Origin: Nitrososphaera viennensis EN76
GTDB lineage: Archaea; Thermoproteota; Nitrososphaeria; Nitrososphaerales; Nitrososphaeraceae
Direction: 5' to 3'
Length of the DNA: 32,000 nt
NCBI RefSeq assembly: GCF_000698785.1
Contig: NZ_CP007536.1
Span: 780,001 to 812,000, forward strand
Position 1 is the first letter of the stretch. Each line of letters starts with the position of its first letter. The position numbers and the translations under genes were made by a program. This document shows positions 9,365 through 18,855 of this stretch, in pieces. The notes beneath the pieces are model-generated. The model saw nothing but the letters and a program-made list of their open reading frames with translations. It was not told the DNA's origin and ran no database searches.

Positions 9365-10039
9365 CTATATTATAGAGGCTTGATTCCAATTGTCATCGAA
9401 AGCCGATTCGGCATCTACAGATGATACCATTTTTGCAAGATAGCTATTTTTTGAACCAAAGTCTTTCAGTGAATGCCCAACAGACCAGCCTTCACCCCTT
9501 GTTAGAATAAATCTGTCATGTAAACCTGTACCTTTTCTCATCATCAGCTTGTTGCTTAATGTTGCTATTTCTTGCTTGACTTGGTACAACTCCTTAATGT
9601 TATCGGTTAAGAGTAGAATATCGATGTCGCCCTTTACTTTGGCTAACAGCTTGATAGTATCCACGGACACATAAGGGTCGCAAATTTTGACGTAAGTATC
9701 AAGCTGATTCTGGAGAATGCCAATAAGAGCGCTTTCGCCCTTCTGCCTTTCTCCAGCCCTAACAAACACATGGTCTTGGTATGACCCTTCTTCAATTACG
9801 AAAGACGTAACATTATTCCCTCCAATGGTGGACGACTTGACTTTTCCGACAATTGGCTCTGATAGTGTAACCGGCGATTTGCTCATGAGTACCCCTTCAT
9901 CAATGCTTCTACGTTGTGCGCCGGTAGTAATATTCTCAATTATAGTAACTCGAAGGGGTCTTTCATCATGGAAAGCACGCACAATCTTGATAATATCGCC
10001 CTTTCTAAGATCTATTGAACCATTAAACCAACATTCCAT
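9365..10039 (-). CDS. Two-domain protein: N-terminal beta-rich (OB/SH3-like?) region plus C-terminal MIT_C-type PLD-like domain (HDR variant of the HKD motif)
   Basis: The C-terminal half has ICDPYVSVDTIKLL (aa 119-132), IDILLLTD, and LHDRFILTRGEGWSVGHSLKDFGSKNS (aa 173-198). This matches my recollection of the MITD1 C-terminal PLD-like fold pattern: x-DPYI ... HDR-x-I-x-T-x-x-GW ... G-x-x-L-D/K-x-F. Confidence 0.55.
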   Translation of the reverse strand: MECWFNGSIDLRKGDIIKIVRAFHDERPLRVTIIENITTGAQRRSIDEGVLMSKSPVTLSEPIVGKVKSSTIGGNNVTSFVIEEGSYQDHVFVRAGERQKGESALIGILQNQLDTYVKICDPYVSVDTIKLLAKVKGDIDILLLTDNIKELYQVKQEIATLSNKLMMRKGTGLHDRFILTRGEGWSVGHSLKDFGSKNSYLAKMVSSVDAESAFDDNWNQASII

Positions 10040-10126
10040 AATAAGCGATTAATGTTGCAGAATTTTAGTTATTCGTCTGCTTGATATTGCACCTCGGCAC
10101 GCTTGCCAGCATTCTTGGAAAGTCGG

Positions 10127-12391
10127 CTAATCCTTTTCTATTTCAAATGCCTTTTCACTTGTAAGACCTGTTAGAATAGTTCTTGCTGCGATTTCCAACT
10201 GACCATCTGAAATCTTCTCGTAATATTGCTTATCACTATCAGTCGGTAGCTTCTCGATAAAATCATCTTGGAGGTATGCATAGAATGCTATCAATAACAC
10301 ATAGCGGTTTTGAATTATGCGCTTGGTAGCCTCCTGGTATTTGCTTCTGCGCAATGCACCGATATACCATTCATTTTCTACAGAAACGTAGATTACAACT
10401 TTGTCGGGAGACTTTTGGACATCTGCGACGTTCTTTTCAGTCCACTTGTTGCTAATGTAGTATTCGTGGTTCCGGTCAACAACCTCGATATAGGGCGCAT
10501 CGGTCTGAATATTGCTGGGCTTTTCCTTTTTCAAAAGAGGTTCTTCTATTACCGAATTCCTGCTATCGGACAGGGATACCTTTTCTGCCGATTCGTTAAT
10601 GGCGTTAAGCTGAATATTGAAAGGAAACTTGGTGAACAGAGGTGCGCCCTCCACCAGCCTTGTTACGATAAATATTCTGCCATTTCTAAAATCCTTTTGA
10701 AAGTATGATATCTTTACAAACTTTTGAGTTTCCTCTGCCAACGAGAAATAAGCGTTATTCCTTGCCAGAAAATTATTTGGTGCATCAGACAATATTTCAA
10801 TCCTTGTTGATTGATTTGGTCTAAAGACCAACGGGTCAGCCTTGTTCATTATCTTGATGAAGGTAGGAAAGTCCTTTAGCGAAACGTATTCTTCTACAAT
10901 TTGCTCTTCTATAGGCGGTTCTCGCTCCGTTTCAGGACTTGCAGGTTTCTTGTCTCCTTCTCCTTTGTTACCACCTTTTACGCCTATTCTGCCAGGCAGG
11001 ATTCTGTTTATCATCTCGGCTAGGTTTCTCCTCATCTCGTCTTTCTCCTTGGAGAAACCTTCGGAAAGAAAGTCCTCCTCACGTTGTCTGTTTAGCTCTT
11101 TTAGCTCCCTTGAATTCGAAAGAATTTCCACGATTGTTTTCTTGATAATTGCGGAACCTTCGCTGGTGATTGATTCCCTGGTCGAAGGGAAAAGGGCACG
11201 TCTTCCTACATCGTTGACCAAGTCGCAATCTATCTGAACTACAAGGTCTTTTTGCAGATAGGGTAACTGACATTCGTTCAAAAACCGCCTTGGCAATACG
11301 GAATGCGACTGACCGTAGTAAGTAACGACAATCGGATAGTCAGGGTCCACGAAAGTCATCTTTTGTGCAACATCTGTCTGTCTTTTGAATAGCCAGTACC
11401 GAAGGATTATTGTCCCATAGTCTATTTCCGTGGAGGGGACTTGGATTTCGTCTCTCCTCTCAATAAGGTCTGACCTGTTGAGTCTATCTCTACTTCCGTA
11501 TATCCGCCTTAGCCGTTCTTGATAGGCTCCGGCTTGCTGGTTTACTATCTTGAAAGGCAAAACAGGGTCAAACAGATAATACTGCAATTTCCCGTATAGA
11601 GTTAGCAAGTTCTGTTTGCCAATCTTGTAGTCTATGTGCCTAACAATGGTGTTAAAATCGATATCCAACGACTTGTCAGGGTTTGTAACGGTAAGGGGCA
11701 AGTTGTCCTCGCTGTTTACAAGGTAAACGTACTTGCCATCTTTTTCGTCTCTCGCTGGCGGCTGGAACTTTATGACAGTAAACGACATCTTGTTACTATC
11801 ATCAAATTTCCTGCTAACGAGAATAGTAAACTCAGAGAAGGCAAAAGTCGTGGAACCGCCTTGACCAAACCTGCCCATCAAGTACCATTTGGTAATCTTA
11901 TTTGACTGGTTAAGAGACAGAATGGTATTCGGAATTTCATCTTTTCGAAGACCTATGCCTCTATCAATAATATCAATTGTCGGAGTTTCGTCGGTATCCC
12001 CATCCCAAAGGATAACGTCAACCCCACTTTCCATTGCCGCTGTTTTCTTTCTCCTCTTGATTGTGTCGGCTATAACTCCTCCTTTGAACCCTAATGCCTT
12101 TTCGGAAAATACTCTAGGAGAACGGATATTCTTTAATTCGGGTCTTTCTTCCGCCAGTCGTTCAAAGGTGGCATCTATACCGTTGGTTATTCTTTCTACA
12201 AGCGAAACTTCTGGATTAGCAGTAAGGTGAACGGTTGCAAAGTTGGTTTCCCTGTCACCTAAAGTCCGCCATCTAACAGAGTCTCCTTTGTTGTTACTTG
12301 AATATAGCCTGTCAAGAATATCAATTACATCACTTCTTGTCCTTGCAACCAAGAGGGACTTTAATGCTCTCAGAGTCGCTTGCTCATTCAA
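10127..12391 (-). CDS. GHKL-superfamily (HATPase_c / Hsp90-MORC-like) ATPase with a ~550-aa uncharacterised C-terminal extension
   Basis: N-box ERITNGIDA (aa 66-74), G1 box IDIIDRGIGL (aa 139-148) and G2 box GRFGQGGS (aa 173-180) occur in canonical order and spacing. TTG start. A TTTATA box on the minus strand lies about 25 nt upstream. Confidence 0.7.
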   Translation of the reverse strand: MNEQATLRALKSLLVARTRSDVIDILDRLYSSNNKGDSVRWRTLGDRETNFATVHLTANPEVSLVERITNGIDATFERLAEERPELKNIRSPRVFSEKALGFKGGVIADTIKRRKKTAAMESGVDVILWDGDTDETPTIDIIDRGIGLRKDEIPNTILSLNQSNKITKWYLMGRFGQGGSTTFAFSEFTILVSRKFDDSNKMSFTVIKFQPPARDEKDGKYVYLVNSEDNLPLTVTNPDKSLDIDFNTIVRHIDYKIGKQNLLTLYGKLQYYLFDPVLPFKIVNQQAGAYQERLRRIYGSRDRLNRSDLIERRDEIQVPSTEIDYGTIILRYWLFKRQTDVAQKMTFVDPDYPIVVTYYGQSHSVLPRRFLNECQLPYLQKDLVVQIDCDLVNDVGRRALFPSTRESITSEGSAIIKKTIVEILSNSRELKELNRQREEDFLSEGFSKEKDEMRRNLAEMINRILPGRIGVKGGNKGEGDKKPASPETEREPPIEEQIVEEYVSLKDFPTFIKIMNKADPLVFRPNQSTRIEILSDAPNNFLARNNAYFSLAEETQKFVKISYFQKDFRNGRIFIVTRLVEGAPLFTKFPFNIQLNAINESAEKVSLSDSRNSVIEEPLLKKEKPSNIQTDAPYIEVVDRNHEYYISNKWTEKNVADVQKSPDKVVIYVSVENEWYIGALRRSKYQEATKRIIQNRYVLLIAFYAYLQDDFIEKLPTDSDKQYYEKISDGQLEIAARTILTGLTSEKAFEIEKD

Positions 12392-12473
12392 GCAATTCTC
12401 TTATTGTTATCAGCTATAAAAGTAGCTGTTCTTTTCAGAGTCTTCCTCTTTTTAATTCCAGATCTCATCATGA

Positions 12474-14066
12474 TTGATGAACATACCCAAAATCATTCCA
12501 AGAACGATGCACCAAATATTCCCTTTTATGGGTAAGGCCCGTAAGCCTCTGCATCAAGGTCCAAAGTTCAGGGCAGAGCCTCTTGTAGCTGTCGTAAGTG
12601 GAGAGATACTCGACAGATACGCAGTAGAGCAGTCGGCGGTTTATGTCGTTTTGGATGAAAACGACGGTGGTAGCAAAGCAAAATACGTAGTCACTGAACC
12701 CTCTTTAGACGAAGAGGAGCAGAGGGTTTATTCGCTTATAATGGAAGGTCTGTACTTCTCGCTGAAGCCTATTGCCAAGACCGAAGACCCACTTCAATAC
12801 ATAGAGGGATACATATGGGAAGTGGCAGAAAATCTAGGACTTGTTGAGCAGCTGGAAAAGGCGTATCAAAAGTACAGATATTTCATTGCAAGGGATGCCA
12901 TCGGTTACGGACCGATAGACATACTGATGAAGGATAACGACGTGGAAGAGATATCGTCAGAAGGCTACGACAAGCCTGTTGCGGTGATGCATCGGCGCTT
13001 TACAGAATACGACTGGATAGACACCAACGTCAGGTTTGCCAGCGAAGACAGCCTTCGTACATACGTCCAGAGGCTGGCTCAGAAAACAGGCAAGAGCGTC
13101 ACCGTCGCTGTGCCATTTGCCGACTCTATGACCTCTGACGGTCACAGGGTTGCAGTAACTTTTGCCGGCGAGGTCACGCTGCCTGGGAGTTCATTTGACA
13201 TCAGAAAATTCCCCAAAGAACCGCTGAGCATTGCACACCTAATAAAGTCAAACACAATGTCTGCGCTGATGGCTGCCTACTACTGGTTGCTTGTAGAGTC
13301 AAAGGGATTTGTGATGATTTTGGGAACCATGGGTTCTGGCAAGACTACGTCACTAAACTCGCTGTCAACAATGATAAACCCGTCTTCAAAGATTGCCACG
13401 ATAGAAGACACACCGGAGCTGCGATTGCCACACACCCACTGGCAACGTTTCAAGACAAGGAGGACCTATTCCATTACAGAGTCAAGGTTTGATGTCGATC
13501 TGATGGATCTCGTTATCCTTTCTCTAAGGTACAGGCCCGATTACGTCATCCTTGGAGAAGTCAGGGGCGCTGAAATCAGGGCGCTGATACAGGCGGCCGC
13601 GATAGGACATTCTGCGCTGTGCACAATGCATGCAGAAAGCCCTGAAGCGGCTCTTGTCAGGATGAGCTCTCCTCCCATGGACGTAAGCCTTGGAGGCAGG
13701 ATGCTGGTCTGGAACTTTCTCATGCTAAACAGGGTCAAAGACAGGCAGGGAAAAGTCATCAGAAGAACAGTATCTTCTACCGAGGTCATTCCTAGAGAGA
13801 ACCTTATGGAATTGAAACAGGTATTTGCATGGAATCCAAGGACAGACAGGTTTGCTCCAGATGGGGACAATGCTGCAGAGCATTTGGTAGAGACAAGTTA
13901 CAGGTTAAAGGAAATTGCAAAGCTTAGGGGCTGGACAGATTGCGAGGTAGTAGATCAATTAAAGGAAAGATGTAATCTGCTTACAGATCTTGTGGATGAA
14001 GACAAGCTGGCATACTCTGATGTCTCTAAAGCAATACAGTCGTTCTATCGAGATAACATAAGATAA
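12474..14066 (+). CDS. Type IV pilus / archaellum-type secretion ATPase (FlaI/PilB/GspE/VirB11 superfamily)
   Basis: The archaeal FlaI-type N-terminal signature is YVVTEPSLDEEEQRVY. Walker A is GTMGSGKTT (aa 284-292). The Walker B/Asp box region is PDYVILGEVRGAE, and the His box is HSALCTMHA. A TTTTTAAT box lies about 25 nt upstream of the ATG at 12477. Confidence 0.85.
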   Translation: MMNIPKIIPRTMHQIFPFMGKARKPLHQGPKFRAEPLVAVVSGEILDRYAVEQSAVYVVLDENDGGSKAKYVVTEPSLDEEEQRVYSLIMEGLYFSLKPIAKTEDPLQYIEGYIWEVAENLGLVEQLEKAYQKYRYFIARDAIGYGPIDILMKDNDVEEISSEGYDKPVAVMHRRFTEYDWIDTNVRFASEDSLRTYVQRLAQKTGKSVTVAVPFADSMTSDGHRVAVTFAGEVTLPGSSFDIRKFPKEPLSIAHLIKSNTMSALMAAYYWLLVESKGFVMILGTMGSGKTTSLNSLSTMINPSSKIATIEDTPELRLPHTHWQRFKTRRTYSITESRFDVDLMDLVILSLRYRPDYVILGEVRGAEIRALIQAAAIGHSALCTMHAESPEAALVRMSSPPMDVSLGGRMLVWNFLMLNRVKDRQGKVIRRTVSSTEVIPRENLMELKQVFAWNPRTDRFAPDGDNAAEHLVETSYRLKEIAKLRGWTDCEVVDQLKERCNLLTDLVDEDKLAYSDVSKAIQSFYRDNIR

Positions 14067-14122
14067 GGAACTTGCATTTTTGAAGAAAGGGTAAATAACA
14101 CAGAATGACCTGACCGTATGTA

Positions 14123-14650
14123 GTGGGCTTCTGGCCATACCTCGTGCTGTTTGGAACCCTGTTTGTCCAGTCATTCCATATGATCGAACACGTGGCACAG
14201 GTAACCGAGAAATTCGTTCTGCAATGGTCTCACCCTTATTGAGTTCTTGGTTCCCAACTTGACATAGAGCCGGTCCATTTCGTTTACAACGTGTCTTATC
14301 TGGCGCTAATTACGCTGACGTGGATTTTGTTCAAGAGTAGGATGGACAAGTACAGTGCGGCCATCAACGTACTTTTCCTCTCTGCCATGGCCCTCCAGTC
14401 ATGGCATTTTGTAGAACATTCAGTCAAGCTGGAACAGCATATCGTGCAGAGCTGCGCTTCCTGTCTTGGAATACTGGGCAACTATTTCGACCCGGTCGTC
14501 TTGCACCTTGTCTATAACATTGCGGTTTTTGCCCCGTTCCTGACGGCATTTGTACTCATTCAAAGGCCAGATGCGGTAGAAAAGGAACTGTCAGAGCCTG
14601 TGACCGGTCCAAAGAAAGACTTCGTTGAGGAGCAAGACGATCTTCTGTAA
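14123..14650 (+). pseudogene. Four-helix membrane protein with a duplicated Q-S-x-H-x-x-E-H motif, interrupted by an in-frame TGA at 14240-14242
   Basis: The upstream segment VGFWPYLVLFGTLFVQSFHMIEHVAQVTEKFVLQWSHPY* is in the same frame as ORF 14291-14650. It aligns without gaps to that ORF's second half (ALQSWHFVEHSVKLEQHIVQSCASCLGILG...). The stop aligns with a Gly codon (GGA at 14468-14470). Confidence 0.5.
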
Positions 14651-14729
14651 GATGCTTGCTCTTCTCATAGAGTGGTAGCGTCTTGTCCCACTTTCCCCCT
14701 TTTTACTGCTTGACCGATGGTAATTCTGT

Positions 14730-16880
14730 ATGGTCAAGGCAGATTCTAGGATCACCTACCTGATAATCGTAGCACTCTTGATAGCATGCTCGTATATAGG
14801 ACTGCATGTATTTGTCCAGTACTCTGCCTCGGGTTTTGTCTACACGCAGATAGCCGGAATTATGCTTGCAGGAATTGGCGTGGGCGGAGTGCTGGTGTTG
14901 CTGACATACGCCATAGAATTATGGAAGAAGCCACAGTATCTGGAATTAAGGCTCACGTGGCAGCCAAATCCCATTCTGGTATCTTACATAGCGTCAGCCG
15001 CCGTCCTTTATTTTGGCATAGGAGGGATGTTTGTGCTGACTCCCGTAAATGAAAACTATGCAGATACACTTGGTCTGGTTCTGACTGGAATCGGCGTCGT
15101 CTCCCTGACGATAACTGCTATTTTCCATTATAGGGGTGCTGCCAAAGCTAGGGGCTCTGGAAAGGGAGCAGGTAAAGAAGTCACAGTAAGGCCATTTGAG
15201 CATAACCTTGCACTGAGGGTAGTATCACGAAACAACATACTGTCAGCTATCTCAAAAGCTATGAGCGCGCATCTGCTGACACCAGAAGTCATCAAGTCTG
15301 GCATGCTGATAAACCCGCAGATCCTCTCAAGCAAGTACGTGTTCCTCTCCTTACTTGCTCTTGTCGCAAGCATCCCGTTAACGGTGGTCGTACTTCTTTC
15401 TTTACAAAGCTACGATGTCCCTTCGTTTCCAGCCCTTCTGTCCCTGCTTGCTCCATTGGCGATGCTAGTGATGCCTTACCTGAAACTAAAAAGTATGGCA
15501 GGGGACAGAAAGCGCGGCATAGAAGACGAGCTGCCGTTCTTTTGCACATATGCGTCAGTAATGCAGAGCGTCGGTCTATCGCTTTACAACAGTTTTGAGA
15601 ACATTGCGTCCAGAAACGTCTTTGCAAATCTGGAGAAAGAAGCACTGATGATACAGAGAAACGTGCAGTTCTTTTTCAAAAACCAAGTAGAGGCCCTGGA
15701 GCAGGCTGGAAGGGTACATCCAAATGAAAAGTTCAGGGGTCTGCTTCTTGGATATACAAGTGAATGGAGGAGCGGCGGGGATACAGTGCATTACCTTGAC
15801 GCAAAGTCAAAGGAACTTCTAAACGATATGCGTTTCAGATGGCAGCGCTACACGGCAATGGTTTCTGACATAGGCGAAGTCATGGTCAGCCTGTTCTTCA
15901 TAATGCCAGTGCTCATACTTACAACGGCATTCGTGTTTCCTTTACAGACCACGGTCATTACAGGAGCGGTTGTGGCTGTGTTGATTCCCCTGCTTACCGC
16001 AGTCGTTTTTATGATGATAAGCAACATGCAGCCAAAGACCTACGATCTAATAGAAGGCAAAACTACTTTCAGTGTAGTAGCAGCGATAGCAAGTTTTGCA
16101 GTAGCCTACTTTTTGTCTCATTCCACAGTCTGGATAGCGCTTGCAACATCCATCATATCCACAGGCGTGTTTTACGGCGCTTGGGTCATCGCGCAAAGAA
16201 GGGAAATAACGCAGGTCGAAAAGGCGCTGCCTCAATTCCTGAGGGATATTACAGAGTACAAAAAGATGGGCTACGACATAAACAGGTCTGTCTTCAAAAT
16301 TGCCGAAGAAAATTTGTACAACGCAACCTTTGACGCACTGCTCAAAAACACGGCAAAGCAGATGCGGATGGGCCTGAGGCTGAGCGACACAGAAATCAAG
16401 GTGAGGAGCTGGCTTGGCAGGCTGACCTTCTTCCTTCTGGGCGAAATTGTCAATAGTGGAGGCGGTACGGCATCTGCACTTGAGACACTGACAAACTTTG
16501 TGAGCAATGTGAATCAGATAAAGAAAGAAGCCAAGAGTACGATGCACCTGTACGAAGTTCTCACCTACCTTACACCGATTGGTCTGGCATTTACCGTCGC
16601 GCTTATGGCAAGTTTGATGACTGCATTCAGCTCGACTGTGGCATCAGCTTCGGAAGTCGGAATCTTGAAGCAGATATCGTCAGTCCCAGACGAATTGATC
16701 CAGACAACAAACATGATGATTGTGGCGGCATCTGCAAGCATGGCGTTTGTAGCAGGAAAGGCAATCGACCTGACTTCAAAAAACACCCTCAGAATAGCCG
16801 TGACCGTTGCTGTTGCAGCGATATCGATTTCCTTGTCAACAGAGTTTGTTTCAGGCATAATACGAATGGTGACAGGATAG
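14730..16880 (+). CDS. FlaJ/TadC/PilC-like polytopic platform protein (T2SS-F family) with an N-terminal 4-TM extension
   Basis: 716 aa with many TM helices and two cytoplasmic helical regions. DELPFFCTYASVMQSVGLSLYNSFENIA and LPQFLRDITEYKKMGYDINRSVFKIA resemble the duplicated T2SSF-domain motifs. It is located downstream of the pilus ATPase. Confidence 0.7.
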   Translation: MVKADSRITYLIIVALLIACSYIGLHVFVQYSASGFVYTQIAGIMLAGIGVGGVLVLLTYAIELWKKPQYLELRLTWQPNPILVSYIASAAVLYFGIGGMFVLTPVNENYADTLGLVLTGIGVVSLTITAIFHYRGAAKARGSGKGAGKEVTVRPFEHNLALRVVSRNNILSAISKAMSAHLLTPEVIKSGMLINPQILSSKYVFLSLLALVASIPLTVVVLLSLQSYDVPSFPALLSLLAPLAMLVMPYLKLKSMAGDRKRGIEDELPFFCTYASVMQSVGLSLYNSFENIASRNVFANLEKEALMIQRNVQFFFKNQVEALEQAGRVHPNEKFRGLLLGYTSEWRSGGDTVHYLDAKSKELLNDMRFRWQRYTAMVSDIGEVMVSLFFIMPVLILTTAFVFPLQTTVITGAVVAVLIPLLTAVVFMMISNMQPKTYDLIEGKTTFSVVAAIASFAVAYFLSHSTVWIALATSIISTGVFYGAWVIAQRREITQVEKALPQFLRDITEYKKMGYDINRSVFKIAEENLYNATFDALLKNTAKQMRMGLRLSDTEIKVRSWLGRLTFFLLGEIVNSGGGTASALETLTNFVSNVNQIKKEAKSTMHLYEVLTYLTPIGLAFTVALMASLMTAFSSTVASASEVGILKQISSVPDELIQTTNMMIVAASASMAFVAGKAIDLTSKNTLRIAVTVAVAAISISLSTEFVSGIIRMVTG

Positions 16881-16970
16881 GCTGCACAGGATGAAGTTGC
16901 GTAGATTACGACCTTTTCTTTTCATTTGGAATGAATAGTCGCCTAATTCCCGAATCCGCAATAATTCTGC

Positions 16971-16978
16971 CTTTTAAG
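16971..16978 (+). promoter_or_regulatory. TATA-like box (CTTTTAAG)
   Basis: About 30-37 nt upstream of the GTG start at 17008. Confidence 0.3.
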
Positions 16979-17007
16979 AACACAGGCTGGCTTTCTGATG
17001 AATACTA

Positions 17008-18837
17008 GTGTTGTTGGATCCAGCGCAGGCAATCCTCGCATTCCTGATGGTCGTCACTGCTGCCAGTGGCATCGTTGTTGACAGCAATAGTACCGACAGT
17101 ACTTCACAATCTGACTCCTCGCCACCAGTGCCGATAGCACCGGACCCTGTGTCGATTATGGCAGATGCCTTCGGACAGATGTTTGGTCTGACAGTAAAGG
17201 CGTTCACAGACGGCCTGGCAGGAGCTTTTGGCTGGATCCTTGACAGCGTCGGTGGCGAACAGGGCGTCTATTATTTTCTTGTGAAACTGCCGGTGGCCGA
17301 CCCATCAGTTAACAACGGCGGCGTCGAGGCTGCGATACTTGAAGTATATCCTTTGATTCAGAATGTTGCCCTTGTTTTCTTTGTGTTTGTGCTTTTGATG
17401 GCGGGCCTGAGCTATGCTGTCGAGAACTTTGGAATATTGAAAGAAGGGACCGCATCGCATATCCTTTCCAGCAGCCTGTTTACGCTTGTTGTACTTTTCC
17501 TGATTCTCCCAATCTACAATACAACTGCCACAATGTTCAACGTGATAACCGATCCATCTTCTGGGATGATACTGAAGAATGGGGAGATAACAGGGCTTTT
17601 GAAGGCAGCAATCAGCCCGGAGTTTGTCAACGTTCCTCAGGGCATCGTGCAGACCATACTGTCTGTGTTTGTGTTCATACTGGTTCTTGTTGAGCTGCTT
17701 GCCATCGCGATTCTTGGAACTCTCAGGATATTCTTTGTAGGAGCCATCCTGGTCATGATGCCCTTGATTCTGATTTTGAGGTTGATTCCTCTTACCAAAG
17801 GCGTAGCAGATTCGCTGATAGAGATGGAGATAGGGCTGATACTCGCCAGTCTTATAGCGGCGATATTTCTGAAGTTCGGCTATGAAGTTGCAACAGAATG
17901 GGGTGGCCTGCTATCTATCCTTGCAGCATTTGGAACTCTGGTCGCAACTGCTCTGATGCCGACTGTACTTGCTCCCAAAGTTGGCAGCGTGTTTTCAAGC
18001 ACTGTCAGCATGGTCACGACGGCTGGAACAGGGGCTGCCGTCATCGGTGCAATGACTGGAGGTGGGGCGCTGGCTGCCGGTGCATCGATTATGCAGACTG
18101 CAGGTGGCTTTGGCAAGGTGTTTGGTGCATCTACGAAGTTTGCAGGCGGAAGCCCGTTATCAGACATCGGCAACAGGGTTGTAGGATTCACAGACGGTCT
18201 GAGGATAATGGCACCGGCTATGACGCTTGGTGGAGCAAAAGGCTACGGTAAAGGTCTGCTGGAAGCCACCAAAGGCATTCGAATAGGTCCAAATGCATTG
18301 CCGGACAGAATCCAGGTTTCAAGACAGTCAATGCAAGGTCTCGATTCTATCAGAAACAGTGCACCTTACAAAACAGCATTGCTGCGTATGCAAGGGACAA
18401 TATCAGATTTGGCGTTCAAACCTGCAGATGGAGAGAGCGCAAAACATGGGTGGCAGTACATCCAGTCAATCTCTGACATGGATGATTCCAGAATAGCAGA
18501 AAGGCTTGTAAGAGTACTAGGACAACCTTCTCTTGCCAACAGACCAACTGAAACTGCGAAGACATTCCGCGACACTGTGATTGCGTTGAAGGCCCATCCA
18601 CAACTGGCGAGCAGAGTGGCATTGCACTTGAAAAGTTTTGAGGAACAAGGTTCTCCTACAAAAGAAAATGTTGCAAAGTTAATTGATTCCAGAAGTTCAT
18701 TTCAGAGGCAATTGAATCATGAAGTTACGAAATTACATCTAAAGAAACGTGCCAGTGAAAGCAACATGCGCATAAAAATGCAGGATTCTTATTCTGAACT
18801 GTTTACAGCCTTGTTTGGAGAAGCAAAGAAAGAGTGA
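17008..18837 (+). CDS. Large polytopic membrane protein with a Gly/Ala-rich segment; candidate VirB6/TrbL-like channel component
   Basis: It has a signal-like N-terminus, at least 6 hydrophobic helices (aa ~110-330), a G/A-rich stretch (TTAGTGAAVIGAMTGGGALAAGASIMQTAGGFG) and a soluble C-terminal tail. The function is inferred only from topology and its position next to VirB3/VirB4-like genes. Confidence 0.45.
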   Translation: MLLDPAQAILAFLMVVTAASGIVVDSNSTDSTSQSDSSPPVPIAPDPVSIMADAFGQMFGLTVKAFTDGLAGAFGWILDSVGGEQGVYYFLVKLPVADPSVNNGGVEAAILEVYPLIQNVALVFFVFVLLMAGLSYAVENFGILKEGTASHILSSSLFTLVVLFLILPIYNTTATMFNVITDPSSGMILKNGEITGLLKAAISPEFVNVPQGIVQTILSVFVFILVLVELLAIAILGTLRIFFVGAILVMMPLILILRLIPLTKGVADSLIEMEIGLILASLIAAIFLKFGYEVATEWGGLLSILAAFGTLVATALMPTVLAPKVGSVFSSTVSMVTTAGTGAAVIGAMTGGGALAAGASIMQTAGGFGKVFGASTKFAGGSPLSDIGNRVVGFTDGLRIMAPAMTLGGAKGYGKGLLEATKGIRIGPNALPDRIQVSRQSMQGLDSIRNSAPYKTALLRMQGTISDLAFKPADGESAKHGWQYIQSISDMDDSRIAERLVRVLGQPSLANRPTETAKTFRDTVIALKAHPQLASRVALHLKSFEEQGSPTKENVAKLIDSRSSFQRQLNHEVTKLHLKKRASESNMRIKMQDSYSELFTALFGEAKKE

Positions 18838-18855
18838 GGGTCGGCTAGCAAGCCG

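Noticed and set aside
10310-12230. Plus-strand ORFs (132, 131, 68, 89 and 113 aa) antisense to the GHKL gene
   Set aside because: The minus-strand frame carries ordered GHKL motifs. The plus-strand ORFs are low-complexity (Ser/Leu/Phe-rich) shadows.
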